A DNA stretch of 64,000 bases from a virus: IMG/VR virus record IMGVR_UViG_3300026521_000161, positions 42,142-106,141 of that record; one strand, given 5' to 3'. Shown piece after piece: positions 29,524 to 40,463 of the stretch (its first letter is position 1; each line of letters begins with the position of its first letter). The notes beneath the pieces were generated by a model. That model was given only the letters and a program-made list of their open reading frames with translations. It made no database searches and had not been told where the DNA came from. The position numbers were made by a program, and so were the translations under genes.

Positions 29524-30931
29524 CTTTAACCTCCAATTTTTTATTATACCAATATGGTTTCTTTTTCTTACTTCTTATAAGTAATAAATCTAATGTAGAT
29601 AGGAATGGTTTTAAGTTTGGGTCATATTGTTTAATAGCCCACCAACCTCTTGTATCTAATAATGTATCCCAATCATAACCTAATGCTTTAATATCATCAT
29701 AGAGCTCTTTAGGCGTACAATAGAGATGTTTATACTGTGGCATATACATTTTCATCTGTAATAACTCAGATGTAATATTAACAGCTCTTCTTAATTTCTC
29801 ATCCTCATCTAGTTTACCTCTAACTGTAGTCCTACTTAACTTAACGCCAGGATATAGTGATAATTCATAAAATCTAACATTACCCTCTAAGCCGAACTTA
29901 TTATTTTTAATAAATAGGAATTCAGTTAACGCTGGTAGAACTCCTTCTCTCTGACTGATAACTAAATCAACTACTATACCACTAGGACCAGATTTTGATC
30001 TTAATACCTGGAAATGAACAGTATTTAAATCTGTATTAACATCACCATTTTGTATAGGAAATTCGGGTTCCTTAGTTCCTTGGTTTATAAGTGGCCTACT
30101 ACCATACGTGCTCCATAAATGTGTCGCTAAGAAGTTTATCTTATCACTAACTCCTTTTATTTTATCACCTTGTTTAAGATATGATAATGCTTTTTTGGGC
30201 TGTGGTGCGAATGGTCCTGTAGCCATATTGATCTCTTTACCTATGTGTGCTGTGAACAAGAAATTAACATTAGCGTTGGTACTCACACGAGGTAAATCTT
30301 TCATAACTTTAGTCTTAAGTAAACCTTGCTGCATGAAAACAGTATTTGTATTGTTAATGTCTTTTTCTACAGACTCTATAGTAGACGCACCTTCAGCTTC
30401 TGATAAACTATCTATCTCTATAGAGCTAGGTATAGGAAGTTCTAATTCCTTACCCGTTATCATATTCTTAAACCCTTCATATTTTACATATTCAGATTTA
30501 TTTTCCTGTTTCTTCTTAGCATTTTCCTGTACAAGTTTAAACCAATCGTCCAGATATAATTCTGATTTACTAATAATACTCCATACATCAGGATTATATA
30601 AAGGATTGTCTTCTATATTTTCAAAACGTTCTGCTAGCTTATTAAACCTTTCCAAATTTAAAGCCATGTTATCTTCTGTGTCGTAGGTATGCATAGGTAT
30701 AGTTAACCCGCCAGCACTTAATCTATTAGTAGCCTGTAACATTAAATAATGTATAATGGTAGATTTAAAGTTATTCCCCATGCCAACAACACCAACAACA
30801 CCGCTGAGACCGCCATTAAGTATCTTCTCACCACGCATACCCGTAACAAAATTACCTGTAGGTATATCCATAAGTGCTCCAACATTTATTAATGGTCTTA
30901 AGAACATTGGGTTATTTGATTTTATATTCAT
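29510..30931 (-). CDS. uvsX: RecA/UvsX-like recombinase (phiKZ gp152-like)
   Basis: INVGALMDIPTG, P-loop GMGNNFKST, YDTE, IDSLS, RSKSGPSG, LSRTTVRGK. Confidence 0.85.
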   Translation of the reverse strand: MNIKSNNPMFLRPLINVGALMDIPTGNFVTGMRGEKILNGGLSGVVGVVGMGNNFKSTIIHYLMLQATNRLSAGGLTIPMHTYDTEDNMALNLERFNKLAERFENIEDNPLYNPDVWSIISKSELYLDDWFKLVQENAKKKQENKSEYVKYEGFKNMITGKELELPIPSSIEIDSLSEAEGASTIESVEKDINNTNTVFMQQGLLKTKVMKDLPRVSTNANVNFLFTAHIGKEINMATGPFAPQPKKALSYLKQGDKIKGVSDKINFLATHLWSTYGSRPLINQGTKEPEFPIQNGDVNTDLNTVHFQVLRSKSGPSGIVVDLVISQREGVLPALTEFLFIKNNKFGLEGNVRFYELSLYPGVKLSRTTVRGKLDEDEKLRRAVNITSELLQMKMYMPQYKHLYCTPKELYDDIKALGYDWDTLLDTRGWWAIKQYDPNLKPFLSTLDLLLIRSKKKKPYWYNKKLEVKDGDN

Positions 30932-31031
30932 GTTTATTCCTTAGTTTTTACTCTTCATACCTTACCTACTATATAAAAAGATACAGCCTTACGGCGTTAT
31001 CATTTGAAAAAAATTTATTAAGGAGATCGTT

Positions 31032-32855
31032 ATGATTTATAATATCCCGAAGTGGCCAGAAGATAGTGAAGTTAACCACACGAAGACTACATGGGTTTTG
31101 GCTAGAGATGAGAAGTTTGAGAACATTGAAGAAGAGTTAGATGAGAGTGAAGAGGCGCTGTTAACATGGGAAGTTGACAAACTTATACCTACTGGTGAAA
31201 TATGGTATATTAAAGCATTACGTAAATTAGAAGATGAAGATGGTAATGATTTAAACAATACTAACTGGATAGGCCCTAAACCAGTTTTTAACGAAGAGTC
31301 GAATGTTAATGAATATTTAGCTCCAAAGTTCTATATAGATACTCCGTATGTGGCTGATGTTGTATATAAAGATAATGAGGAACTTAGTTTCACGCTAACT
31401 CCAGTTAAAACAAATGTTGGCTATGTTAGTACTATATTAACTATAGAGAATAGTTTAGGAGAAACTCTTTTAACAAAGTATGTAGATCTCAGAGAGACAA
31501 ACAACATTATAGCTGTCACGAATGATGATATTGATTTATCTGAATTAGACGATATCAGAATAACGATAATCCATACAGGAACACAATCTACCATATCAGC
31601 TCCTGTTACTGAAGTGTTGAATTTAAAAAATGCGTACTTTAAAGTTGTTGGTAATACAAAAGATTTAGACCCAACATATGTTAATACACTACGCTTGGTT
31701 TCTACTACATATATAGGTGTTACTGCTAAGGCCGCTAAGATCATAAATAGATCGGGATCTATTATTTCATACTGCGAAATAAAAGATAATGTTATTTTTA
31801 TAGATAATTCTTTAGACTTTGATAAAGAATATATCTTAGATCTAGATGTAGAATATACTAAGTCTTCTGGTGAAAAAGAAATTTCTAAGAAATTAATTAT
31901 ATTAACTACAAGAGATACTGACGAGATTGTCGCATATAATCCTAATAGAACATATGAAGAGACATTTGAAAAAGTTTCTAATACTATCTATAACGAGGAG
32001 ACATATAGTTTCGATCTAAATCGATCGTTTAATACAGAAGAGATGTTTACATATTCAACACCTATCCCTGACATTAACACAGGTAAAGTCAGCCTTTATG
32101 GTTTAGATAAAAAGAATATCCTAATTAGTAAACATATAGAAAATGTTTTAGAAAATGACAGCGAGTTCACATTCAAACTTTTAACAAAAACTAAAGGTTT
32201 AGTACAAACTAAGAATGATGATGGGTATCTTGTTTTAACTCCTTTTACATTCGACCCGTATACTGATAAGTTTACGATGGGTGATGAAATGGTTACTGAA
32301 CTTTTATCAGACTCAGCTACTATGAACAAAGTAGCTCAAATATCATCCGGTATATATGTTATTGGTATTAATAAAGATGATGATAAACTATTAGATGTTT
32401 TTAAATATGATATTAACGATAGTTCGTTAACTAAACAAACGTCAAGTACTTTAACAGAAAGTTGTACTGATGTAACAATAGCTGGTTTAGGTACAAATAG
32501 GGTTTTAGTATTACAAAAAGGCGATGGCGCCTATAGAACTATGTTATATAGTGCTTTAGAAAATTATTGCAATATTTCTGTTGTTCTCCCTACAGAATTT
32601 AGAAATAAAAATCTATTAGTATCACCGTTAGTAAATGGTAATGCTGTTATATTTAAGAACGATGTTTCTGCTGACGGCTTTAACTGTTTTGTGTATGATG
32701 ATAAAGCAGAAGTTACTAGAACTATAAAAGTTGACACTGGTTCTGATGATAAAACTGTTACGAATATCGTGACTCTTAAGAACGGTGATGTTCTTTCTAT
32801 AGTTAAAAATGAAGAGACCGAAGAGACACAAGCTGAGTTTTGGATGTTTAAATAA
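31032..32855 (+). CDS. Virion structural protein (Fn3-like N-terminus, probable beta-propeller C-terminus)
   Basis: Beta-rich acidic 607-aa ORF; Kelch-like LKNGDVL/LVNGNAV repeats; aaggag RBS. Confidence 0.5.
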   Translation: MIYNIPKWPEDSEVNHTKTTWVLARDEKFENIEEELDESEEALLTWEVDKLIPTGEIWYIKALRKLEDEDGNDLNNTNWIGPKPVFNEESNVNEYLAPKFYIDTPYVADVVYKDNEELSFTLTPVKTNVGYVSTILTIENSLGETLLTKYVDLRETNNIIAVTNDDIDLSELDDIRITIIHTGTQSTISAPVTEVLNLKNAYFKVVGNTKDLDPTYVNTLRLVSTTYIGVTAKAAKIINRSGSIISYCEIKDNVIFIDNSLDFDKEYILDLDVEYTKSSGEKEISKKLIILTTRDTDEIVAYNPNRTYEETFEKVSNTIYNEETYSFDLNRSFNTEEMFTYSTPIPDINTGKVSLYGLDKKNILISKHIENVLENDSEFTFKLLTKTKGLVQTKNDDGYLVLTPFTFDPYTDKFTMGDEMVTELLSDSATMNKVAQISSGIYVIGINKDDDKLLDVFKYDINDSSLTKQTSSTLTESCTDVTIAGLGTNRVLVLQKGDGAYRTMLYSALENYCNISVVLPTEFRNKNLLVSPLVNGNAVIFKNDVSADGFNCFVYDDKAEVTRTIKVDTGSDDKTVTNIVTLKNGDVLSIVKNEETEETQAEFWMFK

Positions 32856-32865
32856 TTTTTTATAA

Positions 32866-32897
32866 TATAACCCATAGATTAATTTCTATGGGTTATA
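32866..32897 (+). terminator. Intrinsic terminator
   Basis: tataacccataga-ttaatt-tctatgggttata followed by a T-run. Confidence 0.75.
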
Positions 32898-32960
32898 GTT
32901 ATTTTTTCCGTATTGTATGATGATTTTTAATTGTCCACTTAAACTATTAAAGGATGTAAT

Positions 32961-35090
32961 ATGAACGCAAATATTGTTAACGCTACTCCGCAGATTATCC
33001 AGTTAGGTGCTAAAGACATGTCTATGAAACCGACTCCTCCTAAGGAGATCGTGATTCCTACACATTTACCACTTATTTTTGGATTCGCTTCTGCAGGGCC
33101 AGCTACAAAAGAGCTCGTTGATGGAGCTAGACTAATTGGTCTCTATGGTGAAGAGACTTTCGATAGAAGTAAACCTTACTTTAATCATGGTGCTAGAATG
33201 GCTGAACTTATGTCAGCGGCAGGAAATGCTATGATGTTTACTAGAATCATTCCTAGTGATAATGATACTATCGCTAACTTTACATTATATTTAGATGTAC
33301 TAAATGATGATGTAGATGTTCTTAAAAGAAATGATGATGGTTCTATCTACTACGATGAAAATGGTGACCCAGAAGTTGTAGAGACTGTTAAAGGTTATAA
33401 ACTTAAAGTTATCGCTGAATTCAACGATGATGATGATGAAGATACACCTTTTGGCATCAAAAAATCAAAAACAGGTTATATGAAAGATGGTGATGATAAC
33501 TCATCTACTATGTATCCTATCTATGAGCAACGTGCTGCTTATAAAGGTAGTCCATATAATAACGTAGGTATCGCGATCGGCCTTCCTACTAACGATGACT
33601 TACAACAAGCGTATAAAGAAGGTAACCTTTCATTACCATATGAGTTCTCTTTATATAAACGTGCTGATGAAGATAGTACAGGTGTTAAAGTAGCATCACT
33701 TGCTGGTAACAAATCACAACAGTTTATCTTAGCTAGAGAAGCTAAAGATCCTGTTACAAATATGAGAGTTGACTTAGAGTCAGTTATGGGTAATTGGTAT
33801 AACTTAACTAGTCCATTACGTGATCTAGTTTATCCTAAAGTTAGTGCTCCGTACATTTATGAAGATAACCTTAACCTTATTGCTGATAAAGTTATGGAAG
33901 TTGAAGCAAGTTATGTTAACGCTGATGTAGAAACTAAATCAGGCGCTACAGTAAATACTTCTGCATGGATGGATTATATTCCTGGTGTTGCTGCTAGTAA
34001 ACAAGCTAAGATCTCTAACTTATTTACAGCTATGTCTACTAAGCGTACTCCTAACTTCACATTCATCATTGATGAAGATGCTGATGTTACAGAAGATAAC
34101 CAAGAACAAGTGTTCTTATCTAGTACTAACCCTATTTACTTCAAAAACGGTAAAGACGGTACTCTATCTGAAGAAGAGTTCGAAGCAGGTGTTGCTAGAT
34201 GGATGGATAAATATGTAGATAATAATTCAGAAGTTATCGATACAGCTATCAACCTTGAGAGTGCGTTATGGGATTCTGGTTTTACTTTACCTACAAAAGA
34301 AAAACTTGTTAATTTTATTTCACTTCGTAAGGATACTTTCTTAGGTCTTTCTACTAGAGTAGATAACCTTGGTGACAAATATGAAGATCTTATCACACAG
34401 CGTGCTATCGGTCTTAACTTAAAAGCTAGATTAGGTTTAGCGCCTGAGTCTACTTTCTTCGGTACTCCTGTTACAAGAGGTATTGTTGTTGTTGGTTCTG
34501 GTAAAGATAGTTTAGATCCGTCTAACAGACGTTATGGATTACTACATGATATCGCATATAAAACAGCGAGAATGATGGGCGGTAAGGAATGGAAGAAATC
34601 TCTTTTATTCGATAGAGGTGAAAGAAACACTATCGTTAACTATAGTGATATTGAACCAGCTTCAGTTCCAAATGGTATCAAAGCTGACTTATGGAATATT
34701 GGTCTTAACTGGCCTATGCCTATGGATAGAACAACTTACTATTTCCCAGCTATGCAATCTGTTTATGATAACGATTCATCGTCTATGAACAACATCTTTA
34801 TGGCTTTAGCATTAACTACAACTGTTAAAGTTGCTGATGCTGCAGGTAGAAAATTTTCAGGTAACATCGAGTTATCTCCTAGCCAATTAACAGAGGCAGT
34901 TGAGAACTATATGAATGGTGAACTTAAAGGTAAATTTGCTGGCGTTATCACTGCTGTTGCTAAAGCAAGCATCACAGATTATGATGCGGCTAGAGGTTAC
35001 TCATTCTCAGTAGTAACTAAACTTGGTGGTGATATCATGACTACAGTTATGTCTCACTACACTGAGATCTGGAACAAAGCAGATATGTAA
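32961..35090 (+). CDS. Tail sheath protein (phiKZ gp29-like)
   Basis: IVNATPQ...GAKDMS, PTHLP, LYGEETFD, YFNH, GKDGT, WDSGF motifs; 709 aa. Confidence 0.9.
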   Translation: MNANIVNATPQIIQLGAKDMSMKPTPPKEIVIPTHLPLIFGFASAGPATKELVDGARLIGLYGEETFDRSKPYFNHGARMAELMSAAGNAMMFTRIIPSDNDTIANFTLYLDVLNDDVDVLKRNDDGSIYYDENGDPEVVETVKGYKLKVIAEFNDDDDEDTPFGIKKSKTGYMKDGDDNSSTMYPIYEQRAAYKGSPYNNVGIAIGLPTNDDLQQAYKEGNLSLPYEFSLYKRADEDSTGVKVASLAGNKSQQFILAREAKDPVTNMRVDLESVMGNWYNLTSPLRDLVYPKVSAPYIYEDNLNLIADKVMEVEASYVNADVETKSGATVNTSAWMDYIPGVAASKQAKISNLFTAMSTKRTPNFTFIIDEDADVTEDNQEQVFLSSTNPIYFKNGKDGTLSEEEFEAGVARWMDKYVDNNSEVIDTAINLESALWDSGFTLPTKEKLVNFISLRKDTFLGLSTRVDNLGDKYEDLITQRAIGLNLKARLGLAPESTFFGTPVTRGIVVVGSGKDSLDPSNRRYGLLHDIAYKTARMMGGKEWKKSLLFDRGERNTIVNYSDIEPASVPNGIKADLWNIGLNWPMPMDRTTYYFPAMQSVYDNDSSSMNNIFMALALTTTVKVADAAGRKFSGNIELSPSQLTEAVENYMNGELKGKFAGVITAVAKASITDYDAARGYSFSVVTKLGGDIMTTVMSHYTEIWNKADM

Positions 35091-35131
35091 TCTGCGTTCC
35101 AACAATATAAAAATAAAACAAGGAGTCTAGA

Positions 35132-36115
35132 ATGGCTGATACAGTAAATGGAATGAGTGATATTGGTACTAATACACGTCTATTGAACTTTGATGGGTCA
35201 AGAGTTTCTAATGTTGAAGGCGAGAGCTTTTACGCTGAAGACTTAGCGACTATGGACCTAAGATACGGTGGTCAATGGGGTGCGTTACCAAGAATCGGTG
35301 GGGTAGACTCAGATAAGCCTATCCATGAGTGGATGCATGAACAATCTTACTTACGTAGAGATGTAGTTCCTGTGTTATTACAAGCACCAAAAGGTTTTTC
35401 ATTATTACCTAATGGCGATGAATGGCAAGAAGCTATTAAAGCCCTATTTGAAGTACATGCTAAAACTATTGAAGGTCTTAACTCTTCTTTAACAGTTGAG
35501 CACGCTGAGCACGCTATGGGTATCTCTGGTGCTAACATGAGAGAGGTAGCTAATGTTAACAGAGAAGCTTCATCTGTAACACTTGGTGGTATCGTTGAAA
35601 AATATGGTAATCCATTTGAAATCTTATTAGATGTATGGATCAGATATATGTTAATGGATCCTGATAGTAAAGCACCTCTTATTACTAGAGTAGCTTCTGC
35701 TGATACATTACCAAAAGCATGGACTGCTGAATGGTATTCTGCTACAGTTATCTTTATCGAACCAGATCCTCTATATAGAATGCCTGTTAGAGCATGGTTA
35801 GTTAGTAACTTATACCCAAGTGCTAATCCTGATATTATTGGTGGTAAAGATAAATCTGCTGGTAGAGCTATCAAAGAGATCTCTATCGATATGGGAGGTT
35901 TTGCATTACCACATACTAACAAACGTGTTAAAGCGTTAGCTAGTAAAATCATTACTAACCTTAAACTTTGGGAAAAAGATCCTGAAGATATCTTACTACC
36001 TGCTGATAGTGTAGACACTAATCTTGAAAATGTACAAGATATGGATATCTATTACGATGGCGTAAAAGGCGGTTCGAGTAAAGCTGATGGATCAGATGGT
36101 TCAGCTACTGCATAA
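35132..36115 (+). CDS. Tail tube protein (phiKZ gp30-like)
   Basis: DLRYGGQWG, YLRRDVVPVLLQAP, IEGLNSSLTVE, EKYGNP, FIEPDP; follows the sheath gene. Confidence 0.85.
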   Translation: MADTVNGMSDIGTNTRLLNFDGSRVSNVEGESFYAEDLATMDLRYGGQWGALPRIGGVDSDKPIHEWMHEQSYLRRDVVPVLLQAPKGFSLLPNGDEWQEAIKALFEVHAKTIEGLNSSLTVEHAEHAMGISGANMREVANVNREASSVTLGGIVEKYGNPFEILLDVWIRYMLMDPDSKAPLITRVASADTLPKAWTAEWYSATVIFIEPDPLYRMPVRAWLVSNLYPSANPDIIGGKDKSAGRAIKEISIDMGGFALPHTNKRVKALASKIITNLKLWEKDPEDILLPADSVDTNLENVQDMDIYYDGVKGGSSKADGSDGSATA

Positions 36116-36129
36116 AAAAATAAAAAAAA

Positions 36130-36161
36130 ATATACAGATACGGATATCCGTATCTGTATAT
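36130..36161. terminator. Perfect 32-bp palindrome between convergent genes
   Basis: atatacagatacggatatccgtatctgtatat. Confidence 0.75.
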
Positions 36162-36173
36162 GCAGCTTTAATG

Positions 36174-36623
36174 CTAAACGTCTAACAGTGCGTCTGTTAG
36201 TTTTTTCTCTAGAGCTTTACGTCTAGATTTTGGATAGTTGAACTCTTTCGAATTCACGAATGTTTTTACAACTGATTTTGTAAGTGTTTCACCAGGTTTA
36301 CCAGGCATAGGCATAGTTTTGCTACGTAGTGCGTGTGTTGTGATGTTCGTAGATTTATTTGTTCCGAATGGTACAACAACTTCAGCTTCTTTAAGATCTG
36401 CATCACCTTTGAACTCTTCTAGTGCTTTATCGCCAGATACTTCGATAGCTGCATGTAAGAACTGCTCTTTAAATTTACTAACTTTTTCTAGAGTAGCTTT
36501 TTCGATACCAGCTTTTTCTGCTTCTGCTACGAAGTAGTTCTCATCTTTAACTGTGATAGTTGCGATACCGTTTTCTTTACTTACTTCAAACTCTGGACTT
36601 AATGTTAATTCTTGTGCTGCCAT
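36174..36623 (-). CDS. Highly expressed small early protein
   Basis: 149 aa, aaggag RBS, biased codon usage, promoter at 36650-36676. Confidence 0.75.
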   Translation of the reverse strand: MAAQELTLSPEFEVSKENGIATITVKDENYFVAEAEKAGIEKATLEKVSKFKEQFLHAAIEVSGDKALEEFKGDADLKEAEVVVPFGTNKSTNITTHALRSKTMPMPGKPGETLTKSVVKTFVNSKEFNYPKSRRKALEKKLTDALLDV

Positions 36624-36649
36624 TGCAGACTCCTTTTAAAATGTTTTTT

Positions 36650-36676
36650 AGTACTTGGTACTATCTTAATATTATA
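36650..36676 (-). promoter_or_regulatory. Putative early promoter with mini hairpin
   Basis: Minus strand TATAATATTAAGAT-AGTACCAAGTACT. Confidence 0.55.
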
Positions 36677-36729
36677 GTAGTAAAAAGTTTTTGATTTAAA
36701 ATAATACTACTATGTTCAATACTTGTGTC

Positions 36730-37041
36730 TTATGAGAAAAATAGATTTGTTTTCAATATCTTAAAAAACTTTTCTCTTCTCTTATAATCGCAGTACACGT
36801 CCTGCTTGTTCTTCTTTAAAGGTTTACTTATATTAAGAATAACCTTCTCTAAATACGATACAGCATCTTCATCTACTTTTAAACAAGGTTTAGGCACTTC
36901 ATCTTTAAACTTACTTAAGAAACTATACAGAGTATTATATTGTTTCTCTCTATTAACAAGTATCTTTAACTCATTAGCCTTTATTATAACAACATTTGCT
37001 TTAGTATTAACTATTATACTAAACCCTTTAACTTTATTCAT
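36730..37041 (-). CDS. Basic hypothetical protein
   Basis: 103 aa, aaggagg RBS. Confidence 0.65.
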   Translation of the reverse strand: MNKVKGFSIIVNTKANVVIIKANELKILVNREKQYNTLYSFLSKFKDEVPKPCLKVDEDAVSYLEKVILNISKPLKKNKQDVYCDYKRREKFFKILKTNLFFS

Positions 37042-37131
37042 TTACTTTATCCTCCTTACTAAATTAATATTATATATGTATAAAAACCTCGACATAACGT
37101 GAATTCATTGAAATAACTATAAAGGATTATC

Positions 37132-38289
37132 ATGGCTTTAACACTTGGATCGTTAACATCCACAACATTAACAAAGCTAGATACAGAAGTTAAAACTTTT
37201 GACATAGAAGGAAAGGTAAAAGATAAAGCTAAAGATAAGGTAATAGAAGAAAAAAATAAACTAATAGATAAACTAAAAAAACCAGATAAGAAGAATGTTA
37301 AGAAAAGTAAAGTACCGGAAGCATGTTTAAAAAGTAAAACTACAGGAGCAGGTGCTAAAAAGAATAAGATGGTTAAGAAAAAGAAAGAACCAACTTGTTC
37401 TCCTATTATTACAAAGGAAAAAGTTAAAGAAGTACTTAAGGATAAAAAAGAGATAAAAAAAGAAAAGCTTGATGATATAAGTGAAAAGACGGCTAATAAA
37501 TTAAATAGTAACAAAGTATCGGCTAAAAATAAATCTGTTATAGCTAATAAAGATAAAAAAGATTGTGAGAAAGATAAAGATGGTTTTAGTGGTTTCGATT
37601 TCCCTAGCCTACCAAATTTCACACCACCTGATATAGCGTTCCCTGATATCAATACGCCTGACTGGGATCTATCTATGCCTGACTTTGATTTTGGTAATGG
37701 GAGTAGTAGTGATTTTAATTTACCGTCATTTGGTATGGGTAGTCTATTAAGTAGTGCTGAGAACGGGCTAAGTTCATTAACTAGGTTCAATATGAACATG
37801 GACTGGGGTTTTGGTTCTGGTACTTCAGACGATACGGCCTGTGATGACTCATTCACAGCAACATTAGGAACAATGAATTTAGCTAATGCTATGCCTGATT
37901 TTAATGTTGGTAAAGGTTTAATGGATGGTCTTAAAATGTCAGGTAAATTTGATTTAGGAGTAGCGTCTAAACTGAGTGGCGTTATGCCTGATATAGGTGA
38001 TAAATTAGGTGGCGTAGGTGATGTTATAGGTGATGCTGTTCGCGATATACCGACAGATAAATTAAATTTAAGTAACGTAGGTTCTAATTTAAGATCTGGC
38101 GCTATTCTAGATGAAGTTAAAAAAGCAAAATCTATAGATGATATAACTAAAAATAAAAAGATAATGGATGCGGTTAAAAAAGATACTATGATAGGTACAG
38201 ATATAAATAAAGAAACAGACATGTTTACATCACAAAAAATAAAAGCATTATCAGGAGTAGCTGGTGATAAATTAAAATTAGTAGCATAA
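37132..38289 (+). CDS. Low-complexity protein: Lys-rich N-half, P/D/F repeat, Gly-rich C-half
   Basis: 385 aa, aagga RBS, genome-typical codon use; ends at a hairpin. Confidence 0.7.
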   Translation: MALTLGSLTSTTLTKLDTEVKTFDIEGKVKDKAKDKVIEEKNKLIDKLKKPDKKNVKKSKVPEACLKSKTTGAGAKKNKMVKKKKEPTCSPIITKEKVKEVLKDKKEIKKEKLDDISEKTANKLNSNKVSAKNKSVIANKDKKDCEKDKDGFSGFDFPSLPNFTPPDIAFPDINTPDWDLSMPDFDFGNGSSSDFNLPSFGMGSLLSSAENGLSSLTRFNMNMDWGFGSGTSDDTACDDSFTATLGTMNLANAMPDFNVGKGLMDGLKMSGKFDLGVASKLSGVMPDIGDKLGGVGDVIGDAVRDIPTDKLNLSNVGSNLRSGAILDEVKKAKSIDDITKNKKIMDAVKKDTMIGTDINKETDMFTSQKIKALSGVAGDKLKLVA

Positions 38290-38315
38290 CTACAAGGCAC
38301 ATGCCTTGTAGTTAT
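38286..38315. terminator. Hairpin between convergent genes
   Basis: ataactacaaggca-ca-tgccttgtagttat. Confidence 0.75.
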
Positions 38316-38319
38316 CTCA

Positions 38320-40428
38320 TTACCATAATTCAGAATACGATACAGCTTTATTACCGCCAAATATACTATAAGCTGGCCCTATATCTAACATGTCACCAAC
38401 TTTAGCACCTAAGTACTCAGGTGACGTTATTAGGTCGGCTGTTTCAAAAAGTCTAGACATTTTTATCTTAGCTCTATTAAATACGTGTGTGGAGCTATAA
38501 AGATCTCTACCACATAAGGCCTGTATATATCTAGACAATGATGATTCATCATCAAACATAGCTCCATTTATATCTAATAAGCCACTAGGCATAGGAGCCG
38601 ATATAAGTTCACTAAAATCAGTAACTGTAAAACTTACCTCTATAGCTAAAGGTCTGCGTTGTTTATTGTAAGGTAGGTTACTAGTTCCTCTTGTTATACT
38701 AAGACTAGTTATCATACCTAACGATATTTGTTGCCTACCTCTCATGAACATACTACATAAGAAAGGGGATGTATGTGATCTTGGCCCAGTAGATAATGGT
38801 AACATACCAGCCATAATAGATGCTAATGGTATGTAAATATTACGCAGTTGTGCTACGGGATGCGCGCTAGGACTTATTAAGGTCATTTTGAAATTTAGTG
38901 ATGGAAAACTAACATCACTTTTACTCCATTTCTTCTGCACATCTACATTGGCACCAGAAAGTATACTACCTATAACATCACTAACGCCCATAGTAACACC
39001 ACTAGTCGCACCTACTGCAAAATCAGTAACAGCATTAACAACACTACCTAACCCAGGTATCCCGTCTAAACCTATATTAAACTTCATATTCCTATATGTA
39101 GATCCCATAGAATTAATAACGTTACCTGTAGCTATTTCATCAACGCTATTGCTAAACGATTCAGTTGTTGAAGGCATGTGTTCTACTCTAAATACAGCAT
39201 ATCTAGCACCTTCGTTAAATACAGCTTTAGTTGTCTCCATCGCTTTATCTATATAACCCTTCTCATCTTGTTTTCTAGCTTCTCTTTTATAAGTACCGTC
39301 TTTATCAGCAGCAAATGCGTCTTTAAGTTCTTTACCACCTTCTTTAAGTTCTTTTAATAATGCTGAGAATGTTACTTTGTTTTTAGGGTCATCTTTACTA
39401 AAACTTTTATCATTAGTAACTGGTCCCTTTATTTTATCCCATAGAGTTTCTTCTTCATCTTCTGTTATAGGGTCTAGCGGATCTAAAGCTCCAGTAGTTC
39501 TTATTAACATATCTAAAGTCTCTCTATCCATACTAGCAGCTGATATATTATCCAACGCCGTTAATTTAGCCTCATGCATCCTGTTGTATAACTTTTGTGA
39601 TTTAGTAACCATAGCTTGTACGTTAATACCATTACCAGCAGTTATCAAACCAGGCATAAGTTTTTTAATAGCTTCCATATCAGCAGGGTCTACTTTCAAT
39701 GGCGTTCCTACCTTCTTAGGATCATTACTATCGAACATAGGTGATAATAAACCTAACTCAGTGGCCATCATTGTTACTAGTGTATTAACACTACTCCAAT
39801 ATAAAAACATAGTACGTTTTAGATAATACTGATCAAATTTACCATTACTAGCAAGCATAGCTGAACCAACTGTAACAGCTAATTTACCTAATAATAAAAT
39901 AGGTGCTATAATAGGGAAAGCTACTATAAGCGCTCCTGTACCAAATATCCAACCAACATCATAGAAAAATGGTGATCTAGCACTATTAGCTATAACTGCT
40001 TTTTTATAATCAACTGCACCCATAACATACATTAATACATTATTAAATTCAGGCACACCAAATTCAAAAAACACATTACTACTATTATCATCAATAGCTT
40101 CTGAATAATATCTACCCATCCCATAATCAGAACTCATTAATCCAACCTTTACTTTAGGTCGATCGCCGTACATACCAGTACTTCTAACATCGGCATATCT
40201 AGTATACTGAGGCATACAGTTTATAGATATATTACCACCCATACTACTATCAGTAAATTTAACATCAGCAGTGGATGCGAATCTAAGATATTTATAGTCC
40301 ATTTCTAATTCCATACCGCTAACCATAAATCTATCGGCTATCCATTCACCATCTGTAAATGGTAGTTCATCATTTTGTATTATCTCTTCGTTAGGCTCGT
40401 CACTAAACAATCCATTTAATAGATCCAT
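38320..40428 (-). CDS. Conserved virion (baseplate hub-type) protein
   Basis: DSSMGGNISIN, PQYTRYAD, GMGRYYSEAIDDN, FGVPEFN, TSPFLC, GMITSLSITRG motifs of a phiKZ-like core family. Confidence 0.7.
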   Translation of the reverse strand: MDLLNGLFSDEPNEEIIQNDELPFTDGEWIADRFMVSGMELEMDYKYLRFASTADVKFTDSSMGGNISINCMPQYTRYADVRSTGMYGDRPKVKVGLMSSDYGMGRYYSEAIDDNSSNVFFEFGVPEFNNVLMYVMGAVDYKKAVIANSARSPFFYDVGWIFGTGALIVAFPIIAPILLLGKLAVTVGSAMLASNGKFDQYYLKRTMFLYWSSVNTLVTMMATELGLLSPMFDSNDPKKVGTPLKVDPADMEAIKKLMPGLITAGNGINVQAMVTKSQKLYNRMHEAKLTALDNISAASMDRETLDMLIRTTGALDPLDPITEDEEETLWDKIKGPVTNDKSFSKDDPKNKVTFSALLKELKEGGKELKDAFAADKDGTYKREARKQDEKGYIDKAMETTKAVFNEGARYAVFRVEHMPSTTESFSNSVDEIATGNVINSMGSTYRNMKFNIGLDGIPGLGSVVNAVTDFAVGATSGVTMGVSDVIGSILSGANVDVQKKWSKSDVSFPSLNFKMTLISPSAHPVAQLRNIYIPLASIMAGMLPLSTGPRSHTSPFLCSMFMRGRQQISLGMITSLSITRGTSNLPYNKQRRPLAIEVSFTVTDFSELISAPMPSGLLDINGAMFDDESSLSRYIQALCGRDLYSSTHVFNRAKIKMSRLFETADLITSPEYLGAKVGDMLDIGPAYSIFGGNKAVSYSELW

Positions 40429-40463
40429 ACTTACTCCTTATAAAAAAGAAAAACTGTGTAGAA

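Noticed and set aside
37059-38360. 433-aa minus-strand ORF
   Set aside because: Antisense shadow of the Lys-rich + strand gene (F/L/S-rich mirror composition, starts inside a terminator, no RBS)
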